Positions 1 to 13,689 of a DNA stretch of 64,000 nucleotides are shown piece by piece. The position numbers were made by a program, and so were the translations under genes. Below the pieces are notes generated by a model, which saw only the letters and a list, made by a program, of their open reading frames with translations, was not told the origin of the DNA and searched no databases. The stretch's first letter is position 1, and every line of letters starts with the position of its first letter. This stretch comes from Camelus ferus (lineage: Eukaryota), in NCBI RefSeq assembly GCF_009834535.1, contig NC_045696.1, positions 80,478,001 through 80,542,000 on the forward strand, written 5' to 3'.

Positions 1-54
1 TATATGTATGTGTGTGTATATATATATATGTATGTGTATACATATATACGTATA
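1..54. repeat. Mixed (TA)n/(TG)n microsatellite
   Basis: tatatgtatgtgtgtgtatatatatatatgtatgtgtatacatatatacgtata. Confidence 0.85.
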
Positions 55-2639
55 GAATAAAATGGATCTCTTAAAAACACTTACACGTGTCTTTTCTTAT
101 AGTTAACAGAAAAAGTAGGTAGTTTCCCTTACTAAATTGAAATGCTCCACAGGAATTTTAATAAGCTCTTCAATTCCTAAAACTCTCTCCTACTTCTTCT
201 GGGTTATAAGAAACAAGAATCAAAAGAGGAGCTTCAGTGGTAGGAGGCATAAGATACATGCCTTTAAAGGCTGCCCCGATGACCAGTGATGATCCAGGAC
301 GCGGGCAGAACAGGCTGCACGTGGACACACAGGAGCCGGCAGGCACGGGGGCTTGCCACAGCACCGAGAAAAACACTGCGTGAGCTGCCCGCACACAGGA
401 AACTGGGACCAAAAGAGTCTGCGAAAGTTGTGCTCAGACTCAATTCCAAACTAGGGCCAAAAGACTTGGAAGTGGGCTCCCAGGCCATTCTGGTACAGGA
501 AGAAGTCTCAGCTAAAACTGAGCTCACAAGCAGTGAACAAGGAGAGGAAAAATAGAACAGCCATGTGGACGGAGGGAAGGGCAGGCAAACAGTCAAGCCT
601 TCTCCCAGCCAGAATGGTACCCACCCACCAGCACCTCTATCCTGTAGCGCAGGTTACGGATCTGACTTTCCCACCAACTGCAAGTCCCTCGAGATATCTG
701 GGCCCAATGTATGTTAGTTAATGAATAAATAAATGAAAAAGCAAGCAAGCAAAAAAAAAAAAAAAAAAGTTTATCTGCTTAGATTTAATGTCTACCAAGA
801 GCTATTATTTAACACATTCTTTATCAAATTTTCTCCCTGTAACTCTGGTAAATATCTGACATCCTACTCTAAAATGTCAGATGATCTAAAACCAGTTAAT
901 TCCAGATCTGTCATTCCTGACACTCTTAAGTAAGTATGATTTTTACCACAAGAAAACACAGGAAATTTATACATTTCCAATATAAGTTCTATTTCAAACC
1001 CAAATGCAGCTGAGTGGTTTTATTTTATTCATCATCAACCAGGGAACACAAGAGCGTGAGCTCTCACCCTTGGTTTCTGCACTAATTCCTCACTCTGCAT
1101 TTTCTAATACAGTGAACAGCACAAAAGAGGAAAACCAAGTCTGTCTGTTCTTCATGGATAGTAGAGACTCGGAACTTAAGGACTGCACTTTCCCTAGACC
1201 AAACCCTTTTTTTTTTGCTGCTATGTATCAAACTCCTACCACCATCATTCAAGTACCACTAAAAAAAGTGAAAACGGGGATAAAGGAATATTCAAAGGGC
1301 AACCGAAGACTTACAGGAGCAAGCAGTCATTCTATCTTACAGATGAAGTTAAGTTACTTGACTTAAAAATGGTGGAAGCATTGAATGTATTTCCCAAATC
1401 GCCTGACTAACTTGTCTTTCTTTTCAAATGTAATGACTATAACTATGGTTGAAAACTCCCAAAGTTACTTCTCAGTCTCATTTCTCTTCACATTTATAAC
1501 AGCCAACACTGATGAAATAATATGTGCTCTTTCCAATGTTCCATGATCATGACTGTCCTGAGACAATAAACCCTCTCCGTTTAGGACCAGCTCCTTTTAC
1601 CACTCAGCATGGTTATTTTTGTAGCGAAATGGAAAAATAAATTATTGGTGATGTTTCTAGGTTGTTAAAAGCCTTTATATAATATCAAAGGACTACCCTG
1701 CAGTGTAGTTGCAGATTGATAATATCCTTTCCTGAAATCAAGAAAAAAAATTCCAAAAATCTGAAAATTCCGATTACTTTTCTCAAACAGTTCTTGCCAG
1801 TGATTAAATAAACTAATTTTCATCTGCTTTGTAGGTAACCAAATCTAAGGTTTTTAAGTGATAAGGTGAGTCATGAATGAATAAAAATTCCTCAAACATT
1901 TTACTACATACTCATTTATATCTAGAAACCTTAAATTTTCCACTGATGCATAATTTTTAATGCACATGCCAACTCCAGACAACGGTTAAGATATAGACCA
2001 AGGCGGGGAATGGTTAGATTCAGATAACAGATCTGAGGTTGCTGTATAGGGGGTCACAAGCTGAAGGTACTGACAGCATGCCTGACTTCAGTGATAGGGG
2101 CAGGGATCTTATAGACAGGTTGGGTCAGAGGTGACCAGTATAAGGAGACAGGCTCATAAATGGTAGCCCCACTCTGCTGGCTTTATGTGAACAAACACTT
2201 TGATGCACAGAAAAACTACTCACACTTACATAAATCTTTGATCTGGAAAAAGGAGCACGACTAGGGCATATATAAATAAAATCAACTTTTAGTACTTTAC
2301 TAAACAGACCTGGCTCTTTCCAGATGACTGCTCAGTGGGTCATCATCACACCCACTCAGGGCTGGAGAGGATGGAGACAAGCACATCTTCTGTGGGATCA
2401 CCTTAATCCCACTCCTTCAGTAAAGTACGCAGTGCTGTAGGTGAGGAGACACTGGCAGCAACTGAGACCTTCCAAATTAAGAAGGAAGCCCAGCAGGGTT
2501 TGAGATACATCTTACGAACCTCAGAACTGGGGTTGGGTCCTCAGCTGGTGCTCACTCCATCTAATCAAACCTCCGCTGCTCCAGCTTGAGGGACAGGGAG
2601 GCCCCGTTCAGAGACAGCTAAGCAACTTAGTTCATAAAG

Positions 2640-2826
2640 CGCTTGGCACGTAACTTAACTCGCACAATACTCAGAAGATCCTCTAACATAGGCAACACCA
2701 CAGTCCTAAATTCTAGATGAAGTATCTTCAGGAGCAATTAAGAAATTAACCTAAGGCCAGCTAAATGGGTGACAAGATTCATACCCAAGTACTCTGATTG
2801 GAATGCTACGCCTTTACTACCATACT
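2640..2826 (-). mobile_element. MIR SINE fragment
   Basis: Degenerate MIR pattern in reverse orientation (aagaaattaacctaaggccagctaaatgggtgacaagattcatacccaagtactctga). Boundaries approximate. Confidence 0.55.
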
Positions 2827-5800
2827 TTATTGTGTATCACCAACCTAGATACCAAAAAGAACCACATTTGAAAATCAAAAATCAAATCTAATCCTCCCCC
2901 AATATCTCTGTGGTACCTAAGAACACTGGACAAGTAAGAAGAGTTACACCCATAGAGTTTCAGTGAATGAAATCAACCGAACAATTATTTCAGACTAAAG
3001 AGAAATGCTGCTTTAAGAAACTGAAGAAGACAAATAGTAAGTAGAGATCTGATGGTTTGATTTGTGCCAAACTGAGCTGCCTTTAAGATATTAATGAAGC
3101 TATCGTAACAGGAATCATACCTGTCCAATCAGCATAGAAGAGATGTCCAATCATGTCTTTTCAGTCTAGCTTCTCTGCCACGTTTACGTCCATGGAAACA
3201 CAGACAGGTTGTTCTAGATTGTATCTATGAATTTTATACCTTACACTTAAAAATGCTTCACCAATCTGGCAATTGGTTCCACGGCACAAGAAAGGATTAA
3301 GAATCTGTACTACTGATACCAGATCATATTTATCACAAGGCAAAATTATTATATTACAAACCTAAGTTTGTAAACCTGGTGAATTTCAAAGAGTGTGTAG
3401 GAATATAACTACCGAACCTTGGCTAAGTTTTGTGCCCAAAAGATAATTTTCTAAGAAAAGTTGATATATATGACAAACATGGGTCACTAATTTGTAAAGG
3501 CAGACTACAATAATCGTGCAATAAAGTCAAATGCAGCATAATGTGCATAATCAATCCTTACTAATGATTCAGAAGTGATCTCTAGATGTGACATCCTCTC
3601 AATACTGATTGCTTATGCAAACGTACATATATTTATATTCTCTCTGTCTCCTCCTTAAGGAGTAATATGAACAGTAGAGGAGAATCACCTAATTTTAGAT
3701 TACAAAGAACTTCAGGATCCCCAACACTTTCCTTTCCCTTCCTCCTTCCACAAGATAAAAATTCCTTCAACCAGTCAGTCAAATTGGTCAATGCCTAGTA
3801 CACACTGGGTCCCTGGTCTTGGGGAGCTTACATGCTAAAAGGGAGGAAGACCAACAATGACTGAGTAAATAAACAAGTGAAATACCCAAATAAATAACTT
3901 TGAAAATATTCCTAAAATCACACAGGGAGCTGGATGTAGAGTCCCATCTGGGCTCATAGTTCCTCTGGCTAATCCTGTGTCCTATTACGCCGCAATGCCA
4001 GGATCCCAGAAACAAAGGAAAGACATCCAAGAGAAACTGCAGAACAGGGAGACCAAGAGAGGGCTCAGAAAGAGGAAACTTGCACAATGCTTTGAGGGAG
4101 ACATACATCCTTGGTACTTCTCTTTAATTTAGCATTGCCAACCCTGTCTGTAATTGCTCCTCAGACATAATAACCATAAAATGATAAAGTTACTGTAAAT
4201 CTGCTGACAGTGGCAACTAAAACAGGATGGACACGTAAGTCCTCTGCTCTTTTCTACAGATGCTTCTAACACCCATGCACAAACTCTGTTCACTGTGAAA
4301 CATTTCCCTCACTTCCTAAGGAAAAGTCAGTTCTTCCAAAGGAGGTGAAGTCTTGAAAAAAATTCCAAATCTCTTATTATTGGCTGCCAAATAGATCTGA
4401 TTTTCAGTCTGCTCAGGCCCAGGGCAATGCCCCATGTTCCTTCCTGCTTATCATTTTCACAATATTGAAGGTAAAACACAGCACTGGTTTAACCCCAGGC
4501 TGTAATCACCCAAAGGAAGCAGTTGAGGCTAATGTTTATAGCTTGGCTGGTGTGGCTGAACAAAATGGAGAAAAGCATCCCATAGCTTCCACCTAACAGG
4601 CTGTTTCTCCACAGGGCTCTGATTTCTAACCAACTCTTGAAACAATCCTCATTGGAGAATGACCAACCAAACCAAAATTTACATGTGTTTTTAAGTAGAT
4701 TTCTCGTCTCTCCTCTGTCAATATAATTACAACAGGTATTCACCCATTAATTAATGCCCAAAACGACAGAATGGGGTAAAGTGTGTACTTCTGCTATAAC
4801 AGAAACACTAGTTTTGACTACTCTTTGAAGTTTTTAGGTTATATCAATCAATCTGGAAAAAAGAAGAGTGGGTTCTCAAATGACAGAACACTTAACTTAG
4901 ATGCTTCACTTTTTCTCTTTTTAAATCTTTGGGTCTACATGAAGACCTTTCCCTGTAACTTTTGAAAAATGTTTCATAAATTGCTATGGAAGTATGGAAA
5001 ATAAAACTCAAGGCATCTGCCTAAGAATTTTTTATATATAAATTATTCAGAGAGCTAATGATGAGATTAAAAAAAATTAAGAATAGCCAGAGCAAGTTTA
5101 CAATGAAAGGAAAAATTTGTTTCATACTGTGTGATCTCAGTATGTATTTAGGAAGGCAAAGCCTGCCAAACTTTCATCAAAATTGTTCTAACAGCCTCTT
5201 TCATTTCAATAGTGACCACTCAGTGAACACCCACTGTCGACTACACACTGTACGAAACATTTCTCTTAATTCCTGCCTCTTTCACATCAGGTAGGTATTT
5301 GCCTGTGTGACACAGGAATTTTAAAAGTTTTATGGGAAGTAGTCATGGTGGACTTTGATGGCAGGCCTTTTCAAGTAATGTCCACGTTGCTCTCAGCTCA
5401 CCCTGTTTTCCCAAAGTTTCCAACCCTAATTCACACTAACAAATGCTTTTACGTAATGGAAATGATGATGGAAATGAGTGTACTAAGACTAACTTCCTCT
5501 CACTCTCAAATCCACTTTCTCATAGGTGGGAAAAAAAAAACTTACACTGTATTTTCTCTTAAGTTGAAAAGATCATATTACATCTTCCTCAAATCACCCC
5601 AGCCTCCCACCAAAAAAATAAAGCAACACACACACACACCCCAACAACACATAAACACCTACTATCTCAGATAAGATTCCACTGTCCTCCTACCCTCGTC
5701 CACACTATCTCTAAGGTCCACTGGGTCAGTCCTTAACCTAAGAAAACCCAGGCTGTGCTGCTGACTGCACGTCAGAGCAGAACACAGCTGTCTCTTCAGC

Positions 5801-6124
5801 TCTGGATGTGTGTCTTTCTATAACATCATCTGCTTATTACTGACAATTGTATTTTGTCAATTTGATTAAGTTTATCAATTTATTTTTAAAGCACTTTTAG
5901 CTACTAAAGTATGTAATGAATGCTAAACCAAGAATTTCTCCATTGACTCTAGAGTTATTACTGTAACATCTGTAATCATTCACTTGCCTCCCTCCTCAAT
6001 TTTCTTACAGTAACAGGTCATCTCATAGGTGAGTAGTGGGTGTTTTAGTACTGGAGATGCACGAGTAGGCATACCACACATCCACACTCACACTGTCAGA
6101 AAGTGACGGAACATAAAACAGATA

Positions 6125-6348
6125 CAGTTAACCTTGAACAAGGAGGGCACTGGGGCGCTGACCCTCCTTGCAGTCGGAAGACTGCATATAATTTACAATC
6201 AGCTCTCCACATCTGCGGTTCTGTACCCACATCCACAGAGTCAACCAACCACGGATCGTGTAGTCCTGGGTATTTAATATTGAAAAAAATCCACATGTAA
6301 GTGGACCCACCCGCACAGTTCAAACTCATGTTGTTCAAGGGTCAACCA
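6125..6348. mobile_element. Tigger2-family (TcMar, MER2 group) non-autonomous DNA transposon
   Basis: Terminal inverted repeats cagttaaccttgaacaa ... ttgttcaagggtcaacca flanked by TA on both sides (6123-6124, 6349-6350). The internal aaaaaatccacatgtaagtggaccc...cagttcaaac is typical of Tigger2/MER8-like elements. Confidence 0.88.
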
Positions 6349-6384
6349 TATATCCATCAAGGCAGGCTCTGTCACTGACTGTGA

Positions 6385-6550
6385 GGTCCCATCATAGTGG
6401 GAAAAAGGTCAATAAGATCAGAAATGTCTGCGCTGCAATCCTGGTTCAACTCACAGCTTTAGCTTCCTCATTTGTAAAGTTAGACTGGTGAGAATTAGAG
6501 ACATGAATAAAGCGTTTAGCATGTTGCACAGCATACAGAGTAGTTATTGC
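6385..6550 (+). mobile_element. MIR SINE fragment
   Basis: aatcctggttcaactc...agcttcctcatttgtaaag...aaagcgtttagcatgttgcacagcatacagag. Confidence 0.65.
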
Positions 6551-6659
6551 CATCGTCAACACAGGCACAAAGACAGGCTGGGCCATTTTTCCCAGCTGTG
6601 CCATTGTTTGCTAATTAATAATTAGGACGAGTCACTATCTTTCCTCTCTCCCTCTTGTG

Positions 6660-7930
6660 TAACAGCTTTGAGATATAATTTACATATCATAAAATCCATT
6701 CTGATTCAGTGTCTGATTCAGTGGTTTTGAATATATTCAGAGTTGAGTGACCATTACCACAATTTCCAAAACATTGCCATCATCCCCAAAAGAATGCCAT
6801 ATCCATTAACAGCAATCCCCTAATACTCTCTTCCTTAGTCCCTGGCAACAGCTAATCTATTATTAGTGTCTTTGGATTTGCCTATTCTGGACATTATATA
6901 TAAATGGAATGATACCGTATATGGCTTCTGTGTCTGGCTTCTTTCAGTTAGCATAATATTTTCAAAGTTCATCCAGGTATTAGCATGTATCAAAACTTCA
7001 TTCCTTCTTATGGCTGTATAATAGTCCATTGTATGGGTATATCATGGCATATCTATCCACTCATAAGCTAACAAACATCTGGGTTGTTTCCACTTTGGAG
7101 CTATTATGAATAATGCTGCTGTCAATATTCATGTATAAGCTTTTATGTGTGTGAACATATGTTTCTTTCCTCTTGGATATCGACCTAGGGGTGGAATAGC
7201 TGAGTCATATGATAACTCTATATTTAACCATTTAAAAGAATGCCAGACTGTCTTCCAAAGCAGCCGTACCATTTTACATTACTACATGCAGTGTATGAGG
7301 GCTCCAATTTTTCCACATCCTTGCCAACACTTGTTAATGCCTGTCTTTTTGGCTAAAGCCATCCTAGTGTGTGTGAAGTATATTGCTCTGCAGGTTTGAT
7401 TTGCATTTCCCTGATGGTTAACGATGTTCACCATCTTTTCATGTGCTATTTGGCCATTTGTACATCTTTTTTGGAGAAACTTCTATTCTGATCTTTGCCC
7501 ATATTTTAACTGAGTTTTTGTCTTTTTATTCTTGATTTATGTTTCCTTATATAGGCTAGATACAAATCTCTTCTAAAATAGACGATTTCCATATATTTTC
7601 TCCTAATCTATGAGTTCCCTTTTCAATTTGTTGATGATGATCTTGGAAGTGCAAAAAAATTTAATTTGGATGAAGTCACATTTATCCGTTTTCTTCTTTT
7701 GCTGCTTGGACTTTTGGTGTCACATCTAAGAATCCACCGCCTAATCCAAGGTTACAAAATTTTACTCCTGGAGTTATACAGTTTTAGCTCTTACACTCAA
7801 CATCTATAATCCATTTTGAGTTAATTTTTGTATGTGGTGTGAGGTAGACGTCCAACTTCATTCTTTTGCATTTGAATATCCAGCTGTCCCGGCACTATTT
7901 GTTGAAAAGACTATTCCTTCTACTGAGTTT
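6660..7930 (-). mobile_element. 5'-truncated L1 (L1MA/MB-like), ORF2 3' end plus 3'UTR; sense to FNDC3B
   Basis: Reverse L1 3' end (aacagctttgagatataatttacatatcataaaat) and ORF2 C-terminal remnants (ORF 6835-7029 MDYYTAIRRNEVLIHANTWMNFENIMLTERSQTQK). Ends near ttgttgaaaagactattcc. Confidence 0.92.
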
Positions 7931-8104
7931 TCTTGGCACTCTTCTCTCTCTTAAACCCATATTCAGAGCATTTTGTTCCTTGCAGGTATACATAAGTCTG
8001 ATCGTGCTAATCTTCCAGCTACCAGGTGTTTCATTATCTTCTCGAAACTGCAAATCTTTGAATCAAATCTATGAATCTATCCTATATTTACTTTATTTCA
8101 GCTT

Positions 8105-8600
8105 GGCCAATCATTTACATTTAAAACCACTCACCAAGTACCTACTATATACCAGGCAGGATTCTAGATTCTCAGATATAATCTCAATGAGGCACTAAGA
8201 TATTTGGAGATGGTTATAAAATGTATTGTATTTCATGACAGAGATGGGGACAAAGTACCAAAGATGATGGGAAAATAAATAAATAAATAAAACTAGAACA
8301 ACCATTTCTGTGTTGGAGGTTCTGAAAGGTCACAATGAGGAAGGCCATCTGAACAGAAGAATGAGTGAACTATCAGACAAAGAAGGGCTCTTGAGTATTC
8401 CAAGAAAAGAGATATAATGGGTACAGAAGTACACAGTTGAGAAAGGCCAGATGTGTTCAGGAGACAGAAGCTGAAGGTGGTAGCAATGTGAGGCAGCAGG
8501 TAAAGGTGACTCTCAAAAGGACAGCAAGGCTGAGTATTAAGAACCCATATACTACACCACAGAGCTTTAACTCTACTCCTGTGCAATGGACCCCTAACTC
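8105..8600 (-). mobile_element. L2 LINE fragment(s)
   Basis: L2-like reverse 3' end (accaagtacctactatataccaggcagg) followed by purine-rich L2 body (aggaaggccatctgaacag...). Boundaries approximate. Confidence 0.5.
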
Positions 8601-9677
8601 TAGGTCTGAACAAGGAAGCCACATGTATTTGAGGAAAATGACTTGTGGGGTTAAGACACAGAGTTGACTTGCATAGGGACAGACTAGTATCAGGCACCCT
8701 CATATACGTCCAGCCAAGAGGGAGATTTTTTTTTTTAAGTGATTCTTTCTTCCCACAACTGAATAACAAAAATGTATTCTGCTCCTTAGATCTCTTGATG
8801 ATGACAAGCCTCCTAAGACATTTCATACTTGGTTACAACCTATGTTGTTTTTTGAAGTGTGGATACTGTCGACCTTAAGGAAAACGTGCATCTTCCTCAG
8901 GCTCTCAGTTTTCTTCACCATAATATTCTCTTCCACTTAGATACTTCATTCACTATCAAACATCATTAAAGTTACAGTGCTGCCACTGAAGGTTATTTAA
9001 CTCTGGGGCCATCTTCTGAGCAGGGAGTCCAATCTAAATGGAGTTGAATAATGCCTTACAGACTGCTTCTTGCTTTTTTTCAATTTGGAATCCAAATTAT
9101 TCCATTTTTACTATTCTTCCAATATCTCCCAGCACTTTCAGCCATAATTCTAAGCTGAGAAAATGTTTCACTGTGCTTCCATCGTCAGTTTTAGGAAAGT
9201 AAGTTTACAGCTCTGCTTTTCCTCTTTCTACTTGGATTTCCTATGGAAGTTTCTAGGAATCAGAAATATACCACGGTCTAAAATTCTCTATTTTTCCTAG
9301 GAATCCCAATTAGTGTTTGGTAGTTAAGTACAACCGTAGCAACACCACTAGCAAGAAAAAGCATACTGCAGCTTCTCTACACTTACAATGTTCAATTTGT
9401 ACCTGGTACTCACATTCCTTAAATGGACCTTTAGCACAAATGGAGGTGTTATTTCAGCCATCACAATGGTGAGAACTGTACTCTGGTTCAAAGGAATGAA
9501 ATACTTCCTCAAAATAAATGAGTAGGAGACATAATGGAATTCTGCATTCCTTGTTCTTTTCTGTTAATTGACTGTTGACGTGAGCATGATTGCTGGAAGG
9601 GCCCCCCTGCACCCTCTTCTCCCTTCAGTGATTCTTATTTACAAAGACTTATGTAAAACAAGTCATTTATTTGCAAC

Positions 9678-9696
9678 GGGGGGGGGGGGGGGGGGG
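9678..9696 (+). repeat. G19 homopolymer
   Basis: 19 consecutive G. Confidence 0.9.
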
Positions 9697-10182
9697 ACAA
9701 GCCAACACTCTGGCTACTCAGGAGAAAAAAAGAAAGAAGGAAAGAAGGAAAAGAATGATGTCAAATTGGCTCACATAAAAGTAGGGATGGAAAAAGTGAA
9801 ATTATAGTGGCTGCCCTATGGCTTAGACAGAGAAGAAATGGATACGTTTTTACATCAGGGAAGGATAAATCTTCTTTGATTCCTGCCTGCACTTCAGCAA
9901 TTTTCCTATGTAGCTGCCAATTTTTTCACCCTAGCAAAATCATTAAAAACTGAAAATTACAGATTTTTAAGTTACTTTAAAAGCAGACAGACGGACAGAA
10001 AGAAAAAAAAATTTGCAAGACTATAATCCAAAAAAATGTTAACACAAAGATTATCACCTTCTGTGGGTAGTAAAGTTATAAATATTTTCTTTTTTATATT
10101 CTTCTCTGTCTTTTTGGATTTTTTTCCCAGTGAGTATAAGATGCGTCTGCCTTTATAATCAGAAAAAAAGAACAGCAGCAGC

Positions 10183-10573
10183 ATCACTTATATGTGGAAT
10201 CTAAGAAAATGATACCAATGAACTTATTTACAAAACAGAAACAGACTTACAGACATAGAAAACAAGCCTGTGGTTATCAAAGGGGAAGGGGTGGGGATAA
10301 ACTAGGAGCTTAGGATTAACAGATACACATTACTATATATAAGATAGATACACAACAAGGTCCTACTGTAAAGCACAGGGAACTATATACAATATCTTGT
10401 AATAACCTATAATGGAAAAGAATCGATATATATATATAACTATATAAATATATATATAACTATATAAATATATTATATATATATATATATAAAAATAAAT
10501 AAAAACTGAATCACTTTGCAGTACACCTCAACCTAACACAACATTATAAATCAACTATACTTCAATTTAAAAA
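10183..10573 (+). mobile_element. Cetartiodactyl-type L1 3'UTR fragment (L1_Art/L1-BT-like) with internal (TA)n
   Basis: cacttatatgtggaatctaa...aatgaacttatttacaaaacagaaacagac...aacaaggtcctactgtaaagcacagggaactatat...actgaatcactttgcagtacacct...aacacaacattataaatcaactatacttcaatttaaaaa. Confidence 0.92.
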
Positions 10574-11342
10574 GGAGGGAGGGGGCAAAAAGAGAAAAAC
10601 AGGTGGTTAGTTAGGTATTTGGGGAGGAAATTGTAGAGGGAGGAGTTCCTTTCGTCCTAGGAGCCTAGGACAAAATCTCAAGTATATACAGATGTCCATG
10701 TTCCAGGCACCTTGAAGATTTTAAACCTTATCCAGGTATAGGAATGTAACTTTATCCTTTAACATTTTTTTTATTCTTCCAAAATACCTCTGAAATTACT
10801 ATTACTTTTTAAATTGCTATTGCTATTTCTACTTAAGAAATAATCCGATTCCAGAGAAATTAAAGTACAAACAGCCAAGTTCTCACATCATGTTGAGTAA
10901 CTCACCAAGCCCAGTCTTGCCACGTTACAGTGAAATGGGGCTCCCGTAACAGAGGGCAGACCCTACTTAAATTAACTAAGTCTCCTTTGATATTTTTACT
11001 AATTAAGTCCACAAATTTTTGTTTTTCCTAGGAAATTGTGGTACAGGTGGAAGGAAGTCTCTGAGGCAGCAGACTCTATGAAGGAATCACAATCAAATGG
11101 TCAAATGTGAAACTCACCTCAGCCGAGGGCAGCCTAGCCACCCTGCTACATTTCCCCCACTCTAGCTTTCCAGCACGCCAAGAGGCAAGATTCAGGAAGG
11201 GCCCTATGGTGCCACAAAAATGATAACAACTCTAGCATTATCCTAACTAAATTAATCCTGGAATAAGTTTCTGAAGCCTCAATATGTATTCTCTTGAAAT
11301 AATGATAATGCCCATAGTAGAGAAGTCCACCAAATGGTTTAC

Positions 11343-11419
11343 CTGTGAAATATAACCTGGAGGCACATGGATGGGAGGAATGGATCCATTGGGTGACATC
11401 ATGGGAACTTCAGCAGGTC
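11343..11419 (-). CDS. FNDC3B: Internal coding exon of fibronectin type III domain-containing protein 3B (equivalent to human exon 4, about residues 63-88)
   Basis: Minus strand reads cctttctctccttttttag|GA CCT GCT GAA GTT CCC ATG ATG TCA ... ATT TCA CAG|gtaaac. The exon is 77 nt with canonical AG/GT, phase 1 start and phase 0 end. The peptide (G)PAEVPMMSPNGSIPPIHVPPGYISQ matches the FNDC3B N-terminal region as I recall it, and differs from the paralogue FNDC3A (recalled as GPAQVPMMSPNGSVPPIYVPPGY). Confidence 0.96.
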
Positions 11420-11947
11420 CTAAAAAAGGAGAGAAAGGTATTAACAACTGAATAAACATACCTTACTCAAAATAATTTCTTGGTATTATTTAATATTATC
11501 AAAACTGAAGGGAATTAATCACTTTGACTGTTTTCTCTTCAATACTTGGTACGCTGTGCCTTAGATCTGAAATCATGGATGAAAAGGAATTCTCTGGCTG
11601 CATAAGTCAAAGGGGTGGGGGAGGGGGAACAGCTATGAGCATCTTTATAAATAATGATTTCCAAATCTCCACTTTCATAAACTAAGGCTGATCAGTTAAG
11701 AGTTGTCTAGCAAGGTGGGGCAAAAAGTTTCCTTTTTTGCCTTTAAAAGGATGTGTTATTAATACATTCTTAAGCGAATAAATTTATCTCCTCTGGTTTA
11801 AAAAGCTCCCACATACTTTGTATTTATAATTTTCATTCCAATTATTATTTTCAGTAAGTTACTGTAACATGCCATTAATTTCAAACAGAAGAAATCTTTA
11901 AAATACTCCAAATCAAAAAGAGAAAAAAAAAAAGAAGAAAAAGGAGA

Positions 11948-12255
11948 GATGAAACACATAGTGGTGATGGTGGTACACTGTGAACGCAATTAATGCCACT
12001 GAACTGTAGATATAAAAATGGTTAAAGTGACATATCTTATGTTATCTATATTTTAATATAATTTTTAAAATTAAGAATATAATATTGTGCTGAACACTGG
12101 AATTTGACACATTGTAAAATGATTATAAATCAATAAAAAATGTTAAAAAAAAATATAATATACCAAAGAGTACCTGCTGAATTGTATACTTTAAATGGAT
12201 GAATTCTGTGATATAGTGAATTATATATCAGTAAAGCTGTTTAAAATAAATAAAT
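11948..12255 (+). mobile_element. Old L1M (L1MB-like) 3' end, interrupted by a younger L1 fragment
   Basis: gtggtgatggtggtacactgtgaacgcaattaatgccactgaactgta ... gaattgtatactttaaatggatgaatt...gaattatatatcagtaaagctgtttaaaa. Confidence 0.8.
12086..12151 (+). mobile_element. Ultra-short young L1 3' end insertion (camelid-type) with 10-bp TSD
   Basis: tgtgctgaacactggaatttgacacattgtaaaatgattataaatcaataaaaaatgttaaaaaaa, flanked by aatataatat at 12076-12085 and 12152-12161. Confidence 0.85.
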
Positions 12256-13370
12256 AAAATACTCCAAACCAACTGAATTTGGTATGCCTCTTATGTTAAA
12301 AGGCAGGGGGGAAAATAGATCATATTTTAAAACTAGGCACTACTAGGGATACTCATACCAAATTTACTTGGATTACTTCAAAGTAAAGCATCCAATTAAT
12401 GAAGAGCTTAGTTTCAAAATATTAAATTCAACAAATGTTAATCAAATGTCTAAGGCAAACCATGACAGTCAAGGTAACATTCAGTTACCTAAGACTTGGC
12501 TTGAGTTAATATTACAAGGAAACATTGTCATCAAAATCAACTTCTGACACCCTTCCAAAGATCCTATGACTAAATGGTTTCCCTGGAAGAGTAAGAACCT
12601 CATAGTCACTGGTTTTCAGTTTGGTAAGTGGCTCCCCTATTTAGTAACCCATATCCCAAACGTCAATCCAAAGCTGAGTTCTAGTCTGAGATGCGACTTC
12701 CTGGCTCCAAGTGCCTTGTGTTGTTTATTTGCTTTCTCCTAATGCGTGTTGTGCTGCCGGCAACGAAAATTGCTCCACTGTAACAAAAACCAAGAAAAAT
12801 ACACTTTTCTTGGCAAAAGAAGATAGATCCTGCCACCCACTGCTGCATTCACATATAAGCACAATGCACCTTTCACCTCACAGTACAATCCAATGTTATA
12901 GCTACTTCTCAGGAAAAGTGTGGAGGGACAGGGATGCTGGGGTGCCATCAAAAGTTCTACTAGTACAGGGGAAAAAGCCATAGAAGCAGCACAGAAAAGA
13001 TTCAAATATTCATGTAACATTCCATAGGACTAGAGGTCACTGCAACTTCATGGACAACATACCAAAGCACTACACTATCTGATAATCTCTTAACACGTAC
13101 ACAGCACCACACTGGTCTCTCACATGCTGACACACTGGTAATCATTTAAAGCAAAGAATGACAATGGCGTAAGAATGGATAATTTCACGACCCCATTGTA
13201 TTTTTAAGTATGATTCAAACTAATACATCCACCAATCACCGGAGGCACTTTCCAAATTCATCTTCCAAATACATTTTTCTTGTCAGCTTCAGCATTTTTG
13301 CCCTAGCCATCAAGACATTTAGGTAATTATTATTTTTATTTCAATTGACTCACTTAAAAAAAAAATCAAT

Positions 13371-13608
13371 GGCACTAACATATACATACTACTATATATT
13401 GAATAGATAAACAAGGTCCTACTATATATAGCACAGGGAACTATATATCTTGTAATGTCCTATAATGGAAAAGAAACTGAAAAAGAATATATATATACAT
13501 ATGTGTGTTGTGTATATATATATATCTGAATCATTTTGCAGTACATAAAACTAACACAGCACTGTAAATCAACTGTACTTCAGTTTAAAAAAAAAAAAAA
13601 CAAAAAAC
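13371..13608 (+). mobile_element. Cetartiodactyl-type L1 3'UTR fragment with poly(A) tail
   Basis: Same family as 10183-10573: aacaaggtcctactatatatagcacagggaactatat...ctgaatcattttgcagtac...taaatcaactgtacttcagtttaaaaaaaaaaaaa. Confidence 0.9.
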
Positions 13609-13689
13609 CATAGACAACTCTTTTACCCTGAGCCTGAGCATTATCTCTGAAACCCAAGGGACAACGCACTCAGCTCTATAAGCATGCTC

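Larger units (their letters stand above)
1..11342 (-). other. FNDC3B: FNDC3B intron downstream of the exon (human intron 4 equivalent), partial
   Basis: Begins with the GTAAAC donor at 11342. The next expected exon (VIEDSTGVRRVVV...) was not found in 1-11342, so the intron runs off the window. Confidence 0.85.

Noticed and set aside
286..555. 89-aa ORF with repeated KLGPK (aaactgggaccaaaaga at 400-416, aaactagggccaaaaga at 448-464)
   Set aside because: No recognisable protein similarity, antisense to the host gene, and no retrocopy hallmarks. A 17-bp imperfect direct repeat is not sufficient evidence.
8293..8826. 177-aa minus-strand ORF
   Set aside because: Overlaps a decayed L2 and shows no protein-family signature.
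11247..11459. 70-aa ORF read as a standalone gene
   Set aside because: Only 11343-11419 is exon. The flanks are splice-site and intron sequence read through in frame.
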